Shown: piece by piece, positions 50,901-63,970 of the stretch | Position numbering within the stretch: the stretch's first letter is position 1 | Layout of the letters: each line of letters starts with the position of its first letter | Assembly: GCF_016433145.1 (NCBI RefSeq) | Contig: NC_058135.1 | Coordinates: forward strand, 91,342,699 to 91,406,698 | Length of the DNA: 64,000 bases | Reading direction: 5' to 3' | Origin: Gracilinanus agilis | Lineage: Eukaryota | Notes under the pieces: generated by a model | Told to the model about the DNA's origin: nothing | The model's database searches: none | What the model saw: only the letters and a program-made list of their open reading frames with translations | Translations under genes and position numbers: made by a program

Positions 50901-52518
50901 CTTGCCAAATGGCACAACCAAAGTTAGAATAATGGTTAAGTGATTCGTGAGAAGATATGAAAAGAGTTCATATTTGTCAAGCCTAAGTGTGAGCCAAGTC
51001 CTGTCCTATGCAGTATTTATCTTTGCTCGCTTATTAGAATAGCAACATATCTCATTTTCATAAAGGTCCCCTGGGGCAATAGTCATGCAATGTTACTTCA
51101 GCCTTCATGCAGGCAATATAATACAGAACACGCCATCTCGAATAATAGACAACACTGGACAGTCACAATTTTCATTCCTCTTACTTTGACAAGGTTTCTT
51201 CAGGTAAGAGATCAAAACATTCTTTTATTATTACTTATTAGAGTTGATTTCACTTTAATGGAATAAAGAGATTATTCCAGCTGTATGGATCAGGGTAAGA
51301 GTAGAAAGATTCTTTTCATCTTCTTCAGACAATTAAAATCTTTCAAGTTATTTATATGTTAGCATTTACAGGACATAAACTCTACCTAGAAGATATAAGA
51401 GAAAATCTCTGCCCAGAATTTCTACTTGATTCCATTATTATATTGATCTAAAACTCTCCATTCTGTTTTACTCACATCAGTCATGAAATAGAATTATAAT
51501 AATGTATAATGACAAAATCTGTTTGTGGGATGGGAGGAGAGGGGGTGAAGAGAAAGGAAAGCCTTCACCCAAATAATTATATACAATGCTGGGAGAGATT
51601 TTTTTTCCTGTCTATGAAAATGAGAAGAAAAAAATCCATAATGTCATATATCTCTGGAGTTTACAAAAGACTTTCAGAATTATGTTTATTTTCCAGGTTT
51701 CGTATTTATGTGCAAGACTTTAAAATAGAAGACATTTAAAATTCTGTAAAAGGATAAAAGTAAAGACTGTTACAAAGATGTATTTATTATACAAAGCATA
51801 TAAAACCTTTATTTTGCCACAAAGCAATGTAGTCATAATTGGGATGCATGTTCTTCAGAATGAAAAATTTACAAATAGTAGTTATAAATATGTAGATAAA
51901 ATAAATGTGTTTAGTGAAGATTAATACATAGCATTTTCTATTTTTGCTATTTAAGATTTTCCCCCAATAGATTTGTCTATATATTGCTTTTCAGACTCTG
52001 AAACAGTCATTGAAAAGGGAAAAAAATATACTTTGCTCAGTATAATTTGCTCTCATTTATTGGTTTAAAAAAAGGATAAATGAATTTTGATTTGAGGTAC
52101 AACATTTTTACACAAATTACAATAATCCCAGTCTATAAAAGGGGCAGAACCTCTCTTGCTAAGTATTATTTATTTTCTGTCTAAGAGCTCAGAGATTTTG
52201 TTTGCTGTTATGTGGCCTGCTAATCGTCAGGATAACCATGCTCTTTCTTCAAAGTAAGGATTTTTATGTTCAAAGGTAAAAAAAAAAAAAAAAGAATCAG
52301 AAGGAGAACGTGTGCAAATGACTAAGAAAGCTTGTGGTTTTCATGTTGGAAAATGAACTTATTAGGATTGCTCCCAGGAAAATGAAGAGTGGATTTCATG
52401 TGTGGTCATCTTAAATGATAGGTTTTGCCTTATTAAAAGAATGTGGTATTTCAGCTTTCTTACTTAGCTATATTCTGACCCATGACTAATATCTACCTAA
52501 TCTCTTTAGGCATTTAAA

Positions 52519-52525
52519 ACACAAA

Positions 52526-52561
<36 letters not shown>
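52519..52561. repeat. (CA)n microsatellite
   Basis: Direct reading. Confidence 0.97.
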
Positions 52562-52564
52562 ACT

Positions 52565-53300
52565 GTAGCTTTGGCCATTTCTAAACGGAATCAAAAGCTG
52601 AATTACAATGTAACACATTCGGAACAAAATGTATGAATGGAAGAGTCCTTCCGATACTTTTTGAGTGCTTTTCTTAGCAGAGAAGCTCGACCAGTCAGTC
52701 ATCTTTCCCCAAAACTGGAATCCTCTGCAGCGTCCACAAAAGCTGGAATTAAGCAAAACAGAACCACCCCTTTGCGGGATTAAGCTTTGAGCTAAACTTT
52801 AGCTCTTTAGCTGCTAAAGAGTCGACCTCCTCACCTTCCTCCCCTATTTTTTTCTGGGGGAATATCTCTTCTCTTGAAACAAGAAGGAACTTTGAGAAGA
52901 AACGCTGGAAACTGTACTATATGCGCTCAGGCTCTAAATCTCTGCCCCTCTCTCCCGGGGAGAACTCACTAGTTCACGTCTGGGAATCACACTCAGTTCT
53001 CCCATCCTCCCCGTCTACACAGTTCCGTGCATCTCTTCCAAGGAGGGCTTCAGATTTACCTGGGAAAGAAAGGCACGTAGTTGTCTTTTCGATGCCTTCT
53101 AGTTCAAGGGCATTTATGTGTGTGCTGCTCCTCGGGATCATTTTTCTTTCCAAATTGTGAGCGATTAAGGAGTGTGGGTGGGTGAGGTATTTAAAATGAC
53201 AAATGGTGGAAAGTGTGGAGAAGCACTGTGAATAATTTAGAAGGAATTATTCCAGTGTCTGCTAACCGGGACTGATTTCAGATCGAAATCTGTTGCCCAG
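52565..53300. promoter_or_regulatory. CpG-retaining unique block 1 (candidate regulatory element)
   Basis: About 19 CpGs in ~740 bp by hand count, against a near CpG-free background. GGATTA at ~52777. Confidence 0.5.
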
Positions 53301-54176
53301 GGGGTCTGAAAGTGAAGACAAGGAGAAGAGAAAATGTTCCATAGAAATTTTGTTTTGGGGAATCATTGGACCCTCGATTTAGAGCTGGAGAGGTCGGGGT
53401 GGGGGTTGGGGTGGGTGAGGGAAGTCAAGAGTCAAATCCCTTAACTTTACAAATGAGGAAACTGAGGTCCAATCAACTCATGAACTCATTCGTTCTTCAT
53501 TTTCTTTTGCCCTCAGTTTTCCTAGTCTCTTTGTTTGCAGATGGTCTGAAAGAAGAATACAGGTTAAAATGGGGTTCTAGATTTTGGTGAGGTTCTAGAT
53601 GGTACCTTAGAATATAGTTAGAAGATTGGACTGGACCAGCAGCCAAGAGACACTGATTCTAATTTCAGTTAGACTGCCTTGGTATGGTATGACATTGACT
53701 TTAGCCTTAACCTGTCTGGGCCTCTGATTACTCAAGGGTGAAAAGAAAAGGGTAGACTAAAGGATCTTAAATAACTACTGTGTAATACAGTACTCACTAT
53801 CCAACTGGACTTGGAGGAGTCCTGAGGCTCTGGGGATTTAGACTCAGTCCTTAAGAGCCAGTCGGAGACCTTAGTCTTGATGGGAATGCTGTGGAAGATT
53901 TTTTTTAGCCAGAAGAAAAGCTTTTTCATCTTTTATAAGGGAGAAGGCAGGGAGAGAGGATATATTTCCATATACAGGGTGTCCTCAAAAGCTTAAAACT
54001 CCACTAAGACTTTGGGGACAGTATAGATGGAAATAAAGGGGATTTTAAAAAGGAATACAAAATTTTAAAATGTAATTAAAAGGCAAACAAACGTTTTAGA
54101 AGGCAAGTACCACTTTGATAATGCTTTTCCTATGCTTGATATTTAGACCAAACCTGGTCTGAACTAGTGTTGTGGA

Positions 54177-54340
54177 TGAATGAATGAATGAATGAATGAA
54201 TGAATGAATGGGGAGGGGGACAGGAAGAAAGCCTTGCTATGTGCAAAGTCATGTGCTAAGCTCTGTGGAAACAAACAGAAATGTAAGGCAATCTCTGCTC
54301 TCCAGGAGCTCCCATTCTAATAGGGGGAGGCAAGATAAAC
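54177..54340 (-). mobile_element. (TGAA)n tail with L2 3' end
   Basis: (TGAA)8 followed by ctatgtgcaaagtcatgtgctaagctctg...caaggagct-like L2 text. Confidence 0.7.
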
Positions 54341-55454
54341 ATTGGCATTTTGAAGAAAAACTCTCCTACAAGTGTTGATGCTCTCCCTCCTTACACAGGC
54401 AGTGTTCTCTCTGTCCTTGTCTCTCCTTCTCAGAAGGCTGCTGGGAGGAAGAGAGAGGGAGGAAGGGGAAGGCTGTCTCCCAGCTTCTTCCAGGGGCTGG
54501 GAGACCTCAGGCTAGGAAAGTCTTCCCTACTCACACCTTCTCCATGGTTGCCTGCCTCTCTGTGGCTCTGGCCCTGCAGCCCATTAAGCCTCCAATAAAT
54601 AACAGAAATTGAAATTTAATTTGACTTACAACCTCGTGCTGGGGGGCCTGGAGATACTTGGGCATGAAACACATTTTCTGAGGTTTTCAGTACCTGATGT
54701 GGATATACTGTGCTGGCCTTGGGAATAGGGTGGGATAACAATGGAATACTGGGAATAACAACTAGAGAAAACTGGTATAGTAGAGAAGCGGTTTATCTTC
54801 TCTCTTGATTTCCCTTCCTGGGCCCAATCCAAGAACATAAGTCATAGGCAGGCTCGTGGATAGTATGTCTTTTTTATTTTTTTCCCCCTCTTCGTCTCTG
54901 TGTCTGATTTTATCCTTCTGGGGATCTCCCAGTGTGGAAACTCCTACCATTGTTGTTACCTGGAGGTCTTAGAAAGTGGGGGATGGGGGTGGGAAGAGGA
55001 GAGAGCTGACAGCCAGTTTGTGTTAGAGGCAGAATTCGGAATCTGTCAGGGATTTTGCTAGTGGGATGACTGTGGACAAGTCACTTTCTCATGACTTCTT
55101 GTAGCTCTCCTGCAGTCTCATCATTCAGTCTCTGAGCCTGGTGATCTATTCTCATGAATCATTGTCATTTCAGACACTCCTGTTTCTCACCTCAGGAGGG
55201 GAAGAATTCTGGGCTCTGGCTGGGACAGGAGGGGTGTGATTGCCTGGAGCCAAGTGCCTGGCCCTGGACTCTAAACCAAACTGCCTCGCTGAAACACTTT
55301 GGTCCAGCTCTAGAGCCCAAAACATAGGCTAGGATTAGGAAGGGCTACTGAGTAGACTTACAAAGTGCCAGCTCAGTGTGTGTTTGATGCAAGAGGGTTA
55401 ATTATGTTTATAGAATCGTAAAATGTTAGAGTTTGTAGAAACTTTAGTTTTAAC

Positions 55455-55640
55455 CCAGCCTAGTGTTGTGCTGAACTTGGAGTCGAGAAGACCTGAGTTC
55501 AAATCTGTGTCCAACAATTTACTAGCACTGTGACCATGGACAAGTCATCTTGCCCAAATTTCCTCTTATGTAAAATGAGATTATTACCTGTACCACTTAC
55601 CTCCCAGTTTTGTTTATCCAATGAGGTAATTTGAGTATAT
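55455..55640 (+). mobile_element. MIR-type SINE
   Basis: ggagtcgagaagacctgagttcaaatc...tgtgaccatggacaagtca...tgtaaaatgag. Confidence 0.75.
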
Positions 55641-57299
55641 AATACTTCAAACAAGCAGTTGTTAAAAATGTCAGTTGTTGTTAGTTGAAATGATCAAAAC
55701 AAAACAAAACAAATCCATGGAGGGAGAAAGGACTTATCTAGAGTCAAAGGATGATGAATTAGTGGTAGAACCTAGCCTAGAACCAAGATCTGCTGCCCAC
55801 AGATCCTCTACTCAGACACCAAGCTCCCAGTCTCTGATTTTTAGGCCTGACAATCAATAGCCTACAAGGCAGGGAGGATTTGCTTCCTCTCCATTGCTTT
55901 TCAAGAGGGGTTACAATCAATAAAGATCTAAAGTTTTTGCTCCCTTCCCTTCCCCCCACCCCACCCCCATCCTCTTAGAGAAAAGTTAGCATTGATTGTC
56001 TGCTAAGCTGGTTGCTCACATTCTTGGTGTTTTGTTTGAAGTCTCCCTACCTCGTGAATTTAGATAAGAGGAATCTCAGGCAATCAAATCCAGATATCAG
56101 GGTGCCAGACACCAGATAACCTTCCAGCTGCCTTAGTCTGGGCTCTGTGCTAGCCGCTTGGCCCCAGAGAGGAAAGGAAATCTCCCGCAGAGCCGAAGTA
56201 CAGAGAAGGATGATGGGGATGGAGATGGGGGCGGTGGATGGGAGTTGGGGGAATTATAGCTTAAAAATGATCAGTCCATCAACTCTCACCTTCTCATACT
56301 CCCTTTCCTCCTTCTTTCCATATCCCACCCTAGTGAAAAGACTGGTTTGTATCCAGCATACCCTCCCACAGGCACGCAAAAGCACAATTTTATACTGATT
56401 ATTTCATACTATCCATATTTTAAGATGCTGATCTGTCTTCTTTAAAAATTATCCCTTGGCAGTCTACATACAAGCTGCAGAATTATCAAACCAGAGTGCC
56501 TCTCAGTTGTTTCTACTTTATTAGCAAGTTTAGAAAGTTGATAAATTAGAATACTAAAGGGCATTTGTTTCTAAAGGAGTAAGGAGACTGGAGTAGAGGC
56601 ATACCTACATTTTCCAAGGTTCTCTTTGTATTCCTTAAATTTCCTTTTGCTTACAGGGCCAGAAGGAAAGTAAGAGGGAGAGGGGAAATGGGGAGAAATG
56701 AGGGGAAAAAAATGGAGAGAGGCAGAAAGACCAATAGAGGCAGACAGAGAGACAGGCAGAGACAGATACAGAGAGATAGAGAGAGCTAGCAACTCAACTG
56801 TCAACTCTTTTTCTAAACACCAGATTAATGTTCCCCAGGACTTGGTCGTAATGTGACCTTATTGTTTTCAAATGTGTTTTCCAACATCTAATCGTTTGTT
56901 TGTTATGTCTCTTGGTATAAAATAAGGAAAACTTAAACTAAGCAAGGGAAAGAAAAAAAGGGGGGGGGACTTACATCTACTTATTCCATCTCCTTCCTAG
57001 ATTCCAGAAAAACTCAAAGCAGTTTTAAAGGGAAAAAATCCCATTCTCATCATGAAAATGGACAAGGGGGGAGGGGGACATTAATTGTGGGAAGAGAGAG
57101 AGAGAGAGACTAATAGATCTTTCCTGAATAATTCAAATAAAAAGATTTGGAAATGTCAATTATTTTTCAATAGAAAAGGCTCTGCTGAAAGAAAAATACA
57201 TACAGAAATAGACACAAATACTTGAAATCAAATTTCCTAGAAAAATCACCCTTAGATTTCACATCATTGTATCTAATTGCCTTTCCCAAGCCCAAAGAG

Positions 57300-58930
57300 A
57301 CTGTCACTTTTTATCGGCCTTTCAGAAACTCATTTCATTCCTAATCATTCCCCCATGGCAGAAATTAGAAATTGCATATTTGTGCTAATTATTCAAAATT
57401 ATTCAAATCCCGAGTTGCTTGAATCACCATTACTAAATAGTTTTAGAACTTAAAAATAAGCAAGCCCAAGAGCTCTACGTTGTTGTTCGAAGAAACACAC
57501 AAAATTAAGCACTAAACCAATCAAAGAGCTAATTTACAACCAAAAAAGGCCCCTTACCAACGTAAACCAAAGCAACGAGTTTGAAAAAGATAGAAGTCTT
57601 TATTAGATTAGAAAAACGAGGTAACTGACAGATTTGGCTAATATACGATAACATTAAAGAATATCATTCCAAACTGCTAGAGGAGATCTTCTCAGGCCCC
57701 CTTTCCCCTACCCCCATTTGTTAAAAATCATGTCGTTGAGCTGTTATGATTGATCATCTTCCAGGCAACTGAATGCTGTACCGTTACTAATTGGACATCA
57801 CTTTCCGGAAGGAAACTTTTCAGAAATAAGTTTTGCATATGATAAAAAGCAGATCTTGTGGTTCAAAATATTTTTTTCATGTCTCCTTTTTTCTTTTCTT
57901 CCTTTTTTTTTTCTCTCCCCATGGATAAACGTGCCCCCAAACCATTTTTCTGCTCTTTTCAGAGGCACGTAAAAGAAGAAAACCAATTTGACGACTATTA
58001 CTATTATTAATAATAGCTATCATTATTGTTATTAATAAACTTTAATCCTTTGGGGAACAATATCTACATCTGAACTCGGCCATTTCTTTTAAGAGGGATC
58101 CCAGGTGTAGTCAGAACTTAATTTTTAGCTACTAGGGGAGGCTCAGGGCTTTAAACATTTTCTTTGCCTAATAAAAATATTATTGGGCTGCTTTCATGCT
58201 TAGTTACTAAGTATTTCACCCGACAAACCGAAGGCTAAATCATTCCCTTCAATTTACTAGCAACGCATTTACTCCACTGCTTTTATGGCTGCGATCTCAG
58301 CCTCTCTAATGGTCGTAGGGAACCTACCCACCTCCTCGTCCTCCCAACCCCACCTACCCTCGCCCCAGTCCGCTCCAGCTACCTCAGCCGTCCCACCTCT
58401 TTGTATTTGTCTCTCTCCCCTCCCTTCCTATCTCTTGCCTTCCTTTTGTAATTTCTCTGCACTCCCTCTCGCTGCCCAAACTTGGCTCTCCTCGCCTTAG
58501 ATCCAGGCGCTCTAAATTCCTGGCTACGAAATTTGTCCTCAGATACAGCCTTCCATTCTGGTGCGAGCGGCGTGTGCGCGTTTGTCTACGCTCCCGCCTG
58601 CGCTCCGTGGGTTTTGTTTCTCGCTCTCCGTTTTGTTTCCTGCTCATTTACAAATGAAAACTTTACCACTGGGGAACCATGGGGGCAAGAAGGCATTTGC
58701 CGAATCCAGGGCTTCGCAGTCCCTTTGCTTTAATGCCCTTCCGTGATTTTATGATTGGTTGCTCTGGTTGGAATGTTTATAGATAATAAACAGCTAATCC
58801 ATTTCTGGGCTAATGAATTGCCTTACTCGGGCACCAATTTAACACTATTTACTGGCCCCGGGAAACGGCACGGCTAACGACCCAGGAGGGCTCATACCAC
58901 CCATGATCGCAGCTGCTTAAAATCAGAACC
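57300..58930. promoter_or_regulatory. Repeat-free, CpG-retaining and homeodomain/FOX/GATA-motif-rich block 2 (candidate developmental enhancer or CpG island)
   Basis: About 30 CpGs in 58280-58920 by hand count. Dense motif cluster at 58744-58852. No recognisable transposon. Confidence 0.65.
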
Positions 58931-60588
58931 CAGTGATGGAAGATAAGGGTTGAGTTGGGTTTGTGTTGGGTTTTCGTTGTTGTTTTTTCTTCCACTTTCC
59001 TTCTCCTTCTCCTCCAGGTCTTGAGATGTCCTGTTAAAACGGTGGAGCTTGGGAGACGGAAAAAGAAGGATTCTGAGCTCCGTTACTTTTCTTATCTGTT
59101 AAGGGACCTTCCAAGGAGGGACAGGGACACATACATGCGCACACACTTCTGCAAAGCAGGGAGGCAGGCAGGTGAAAGCCCTAAATGGGAGCCCGAGGCA
59201 CTTCATAACCTTCAAGGAAACTTCCCAGCCTCCTGTTTCTCTAACGCCTGCAGTGGGGAGCTGTCTGGACCCCTTTGGGTTCCTCCCACTTGTGTCAGCC
59301 AAGCTAGGAATCAAAACTCAAAGCTGGGGGATGGGGATGAGTGTGGTCCATCCCTTTCCCTCCCAGCCCTCCTTTGATAGTTACACTAGTTGGCTCGTGA
59401 GTGAAAAAGGAGGATTAGGGGAGAGGGAAGCACACACTAGGTTTGACACCCTGGAAACTTTTCTGAAATAAAACAAAACTCCAACTCTTGTCGATCCACT
59501 AGCCGTCAGGCAGGCTTTAGCAGAAACTTGGAAGATGTATAGTAGAGACCAATAGCATTCCAGGAGTAAAAGGGACCCCAAAGTCTGGTAGTGATTCTTT
59601 CACAAAATTATTCCATCTGTGATTCAACCAGGCAGTAGCTGTTTGCTCAGGATAGTGACATCAGGGGTGGGGGGAGCGGGGGATGGAGGGGAAGAAATAA
59701 AGGGAGGGAGAGACAGAAATCTGGGCATCATGGTGTCGTTGTTGTCGTTGTCCTCGTCGTGGTCTTTGTTGTTAGAGGGTCAGTGGAGTCCCAGGCCTAA
59801 ACTTTAGTTTCATCAACAACAAAATACAGATGACCTTCAGATTCCATTAGCTACTTACAAGGGAAGGGAGGAGTATTACCTTTAATGGTCAGATAAAGAA
59901 AAATTAAAAAGTGTGATGGGAGAGGTAAAAGGGGTTGGGAATCTAAAACTAAGCGAAATCAAATTTCTGGAAAAAGCTTCCTATCAAAGTAGTCCCAACA
60001 TGCCATAGAGTTGCTCCTTTTGTGAAAATTCAGTCCCAGACAGAAAATCCTGTAACTCTGAGGTCTTAACTGTGATTTGGAGGATGGAGCGAGGCAGAGG
60101 CTTGAATGAGACAAAGTATCTAGGCTCTCTTCTTTCAAATGGCCTAAGGAGGGAAAGTTGCAGGGCAATTCTAGTCACAAATCAGTTTGCTAAGGTTGTG
60201 TTTTTACTACAAGTGGAAATTTTTGTACAGTTTTCCACAGGCTCTCTGCCTACCACTCCTGTTTTCCGAATTTTGCTTCCTTTTGCCATTAAATAATAAG
60301 AAACACTTTGGTTTGTTTAGTCAAAAGGGTTGTAGTCCCCCCAGTTCTCTCTTAGTATTGTGTTAAACAAACTCCAGGCAGAGATTATATCTATAGGTCA
60401 TCTAATCCAACTCCCTCATTTTATAGAGGGGGAAACTGAAGAGTCTTGAGAGGATAAGTGACTTGTACAAGGTCACACAGGTGTAAGGGACAAAATCTCA
60501 TTAAAGCCCAAGTCTTTTGACTCCAGATTCAGTTTCCACTATACCACATTGCCCTCTCTTTTCAAAAGCTTAATCAAGCACAATTCTT

Positions 60589-60768
60589 TTTTTTTTTTTT
60601 TTTAAACCCTTACCTTCCATTTTGGAGTCAATAAAGGTAGGCAAAAATGGGAGTCAAGTGACTTGCCCAGGGTCACACAGCTGGGAAGTGTCTGAGTCCA
60701 GATTTGAACCTAGGACCTCCTGTCTCTAAACCTGGCTCTCAATCCACTGAGCTACCCAGCTGCCCCCC
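60589..60768 (-). mobile_element. SINE1_Mdo-type SINE with an internal deletion
   Basis: TSD tcaagcacaattctt / tcaagtataattctt. Lacks the ~30-nt segment present in the other copies after ggagtcaata. Confidence 0.9.
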
Positions 60769-61619
60769 TCAAGTATAATTCTTGAAAGCCTATTTAAGGT
60801 TAGGCACTCAAAGGAATCTCAGAAGTAGAAGACCTTGCCCCAGAATAACAGTTTAGTAAAGTAGTCTGATTAAAATGATTTGAAGCAAGTTTTCTCCCTT
60901 TCCCTTCCTTCCAAACCCCTTCCCCTTCCATGCTCCATCCTGTTTGCTGTTTCCAGTATAGTAATTTCCAGTACTAGTGATTTCCCTTAAGGTACAACAG
61001 CCCATCCACACCTTTGCCTACTGTCTTCATAGCTTGTTATAGGAAAAAGCAAAACAAAACACATGATGAATAAAACTGATGACCTTCTGCTTGGAGCCTA
61101 CTTAGTCTAGTTCTCAGACAGCAACACTGAAAGTACTCTAAGCCTTTCCCACTTAGGAGGACCAGTCAGAGAATGATCAGTTCAAGATTCCAAGGTCTTC
61201 TCCCCACCATAAAGAGGCAACAACAGTAGAGTTTCTTAGTATTAAAACCAAAGGGAAAACTGATTGGGAATCTGTGGGCATGATCTGTTTGGTCGTTTTG
61301 TGTCCTTGAATAACTAAAGGATGGGCATCAAAAAAACACTGAACTGCCTCTGAGAGGAACTTTTGGTGGATCTAACAATGACTGATATTTTAGGATGATG
61401 TATTCAGAACTGGTAGGGGACTCCAAAAGCCATCTAGTCTAACTCTTTATTTTATAGCTGAGAAACAGGACCAAATTCACAAAAGTGGTGTGTTGCAGAA
61501 CTGAGTTTCTTTCTAAATGTTTTTCCTCAGGCAGAGTTTTTTTAAAAAAATTATTTGGGGGGAGGGTCTTTTTTATATCACAAAAAATTTCCCTAATACT
61601 CCTTTTCTTCTTCTTCCCC

Positions 61620-62120
61620 CAAAAGTCACATAACAAATCATATGTTTAAAGGAAAAGAAAAAGAAAAAAACCAAGAAATCCAATCAATATATCCAAAAAG
61701 TAGGAAAAGGCATGCAATATGCTAATTTATGAAGGAATGAGATAGCGGTGTCTTATATTTCTTCTTTAGAACCATATTTGTTCTTTGAAATTTTGAAATA
61801 GTCAGAAACCGCTTGTTTCGTGTTTACATTGCTAAAGTCACCTGCATTGTATTCTGGGCTCTTCTGACTTTACTCAGCCTCATTTATGTAAATCTTTCTA
61901 TACTTCTTTGTGTTCATCACATTTTTTCCTACAGCACAATGACTATTACATTCAAGTAGCATGATTTGTTTAGCCATCCTCCAATGAATGGGCATTTATT
62001 CTGTTTCCAGTTCTTTGCTATTATGAAAAATGTTGATACAAATATTTTGAGTGAATATAAGGACTTTCTTATTAATGGTCTTCTCAGCATATATGTCTCA
62101 GTAGAATCTCTGGATCAAAG
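61620..62120 (-). mobile_element. Old marsupial L1 3' region
   Basis: gtttagccatcctccaatgaatgggcattta...tttccagttctttgcta...aaatattttg is typical minus-strand L1 ORF2 C-terminal text. Confidence 0.7.
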
Positions 62121-62192
62121 AGTATGATCATTTAAAATAAAGAAATAAAAACAAATAAAGGTAAATCCTTTTTGATAATTCCAAATTCTGGG

Positions 62193-62379
62193 GAGGGATT
62201 CTTAACCTGTTAAGTGTCATTGACCCCTTTAGCAATATGGTAAATGCAACAGAATCCTTAGAATGAAGTTTTAAAATTCATTAAATAAACTATATAGCAT
62301 TACAAAGAAACCTATTAGACTGAAATAGTTTCGAAATATTTTTTTAAATAACTTATAGATATCAGATTAAGAACCCCTG
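62193..62379. mobile_element. Old hAT-Charlie-type MITE
   Basis: TIRs gagggattcttaacct / agattaagaacccctg. TSD not clearly preserved. Confidence 0.65.
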
Positions 62380-63299
62380 CCCTGGCCCTTCTCCCTCATT
62401 CCCCAAGAGAAATCAGATATTTTCCCAAACAGAGGGAGAAACCACAGCACTATGCAGTGTTAAGCAAAAATAAGTTCTTAGTTCCTCAAAGCTCTGGAAA
62501 CAGCAATTCAAAACGACTCTGTTTTCTACCTGGTCCTGCCATTTAGTTACTCAAAGACTCTGCTGCTCTCACAATGCGGGGAAGATTGTGTTCATCCAGC
62601 CAGAGGGAATAGAAATTGTCTTTACGTGGAGCACTGAATCGGGTACTACTGCGTTCAAGAAGAGATTTCATTCCTTTTTCTGTCATTTCAGGACTCAATA
62701 TGTGAGCCCCTCACGAAGGAAGCTTAGCAGCACCACAAGCATACACTTTCTTGTTTATGCATGTAACTTTCCCCTCCCTACACCCCTTCCAACCATCCCT
62801 CCCCCTCTCCCCCCCCCAGCCTTCAGCACTTTCCCAGGGATCTGGGCGTCTGGATACATCCTAGTCATAGAGGCCTTTCTCTCCTATTCCCAAACGGGAA
62901 ATCATTTTCTAGGAATACTCCTAGGACCCTCCAGCAGGCTGGTTTCGGATGTGCACTGGTCCTCTTATCCCTTCCTCACCCAATCTCATTTTGGGGGGAT
63001 GGGGGGTGGAGTTCCTAGGGCGATCGAAGGCCAGAGAATTGTCTTTTGGAATTGGACTGGAAACTAAAGTAACACTAATAGTAAAACTCTTTGGCCTGGG
63101 AGCTAGAGGACCGATGTTCACATTTCCTCCCTATTGCTTTGACTCTTCAGCCTCAGTGTTTTCATCTGCAAAAATGACAGGGTTTTACGGGATGCCCCTT
63201 TGATATCTATTGCACAATTATCTCAAGCTATTCTATTGCTTCGTGTTCTGCAGAGCCTCTGAAGTCTCCCTTTGGTTTGAAGCTAAAATCAGAAAGGAA

Positions 63300-63970
63300 A
63301 GCGAAAAGCTCTCTCTGGCTCCTCTTCTCCGCCCACCCCAACCTTTCCCTAGAGTAAGTACTCAGGTTGTACACCGATGGTCGGAACAGGGAAGTAAATC
63401 CGTTCTAAGTACACAATTGAACGGAAGAAGAAAGTGACTCGAGTAAAAGTTCTCCGGGAACAAAGAAACACAGATCCCAGCCAAGGGTGGACACCAGCAG
63501 ACCCTTAACGCAGGCGCGGCTACGGTAAAGCCATCCGCTCTTCCCCCTGAAACGTTTTCGGCTTTCTTACGGAAGCCTCGCGTCTTTTGCATTCCCTGGA
63601 AGGAATTAACGGAGACGCACAGCCCGCGGGCTAGATCGGTCAAAGAGCCGAGCGGAAAAGCGAGCTGATAGCCCGGGAAGCTAGCGACGCCTACCCTAGG
63701 AGACGTTTACGTGCAGGCGGAGGGAGCCCCGGCCGAATCTAAGGACACGGTTTATATTAAGAGCGCAGGCTGCAGCGAGGGCGTGGAAGGCCTAACGCAG
63801 TGGGTGAACAAGTGGATGAGGGTGACCCAGTAGACCCACACAAATGCCCTGCCTCCTGGAGGATGGCCTTAGGGAATGTGAAATGCCGAACTGCTAACCA
63901 GAGCAGTGTGGCCCGGGGGAAAGAGAAGTGATTAATGTTGGATGTCAGACGTTCGGGTTTGGCGTCTCAG
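63300..63970. promoter_or_regulatory. CpG island (block 3), possibly continuing beyond the window
   Basis: About 44 CpGs in ~670 bp by hand count, GC-rich, no repeat signature. Confidence 0.78.

Noticed and set aside
58384-58647. Arg-rich minus-strand ORF with QNGR, superficially like a homeodomain helix 3
   Set aside because: No WF, no correctly spaced helix 1/2 residues; Arg/Glu richness follows from the opposite-strand CT-rich tract.
1589-60768. tRNA genes suggested by A/B-box motifs
   Set aside because: Every instance is a SINE head continuing into CORE sequence; no cloverleaf with a terminator.
62588-63067. 159-aa ORF with a Pro-rich centre
   Set aside because: Non-ATG start, Pro run derived from a C-rich simple tract, no recognisable family, no clear exon structure.
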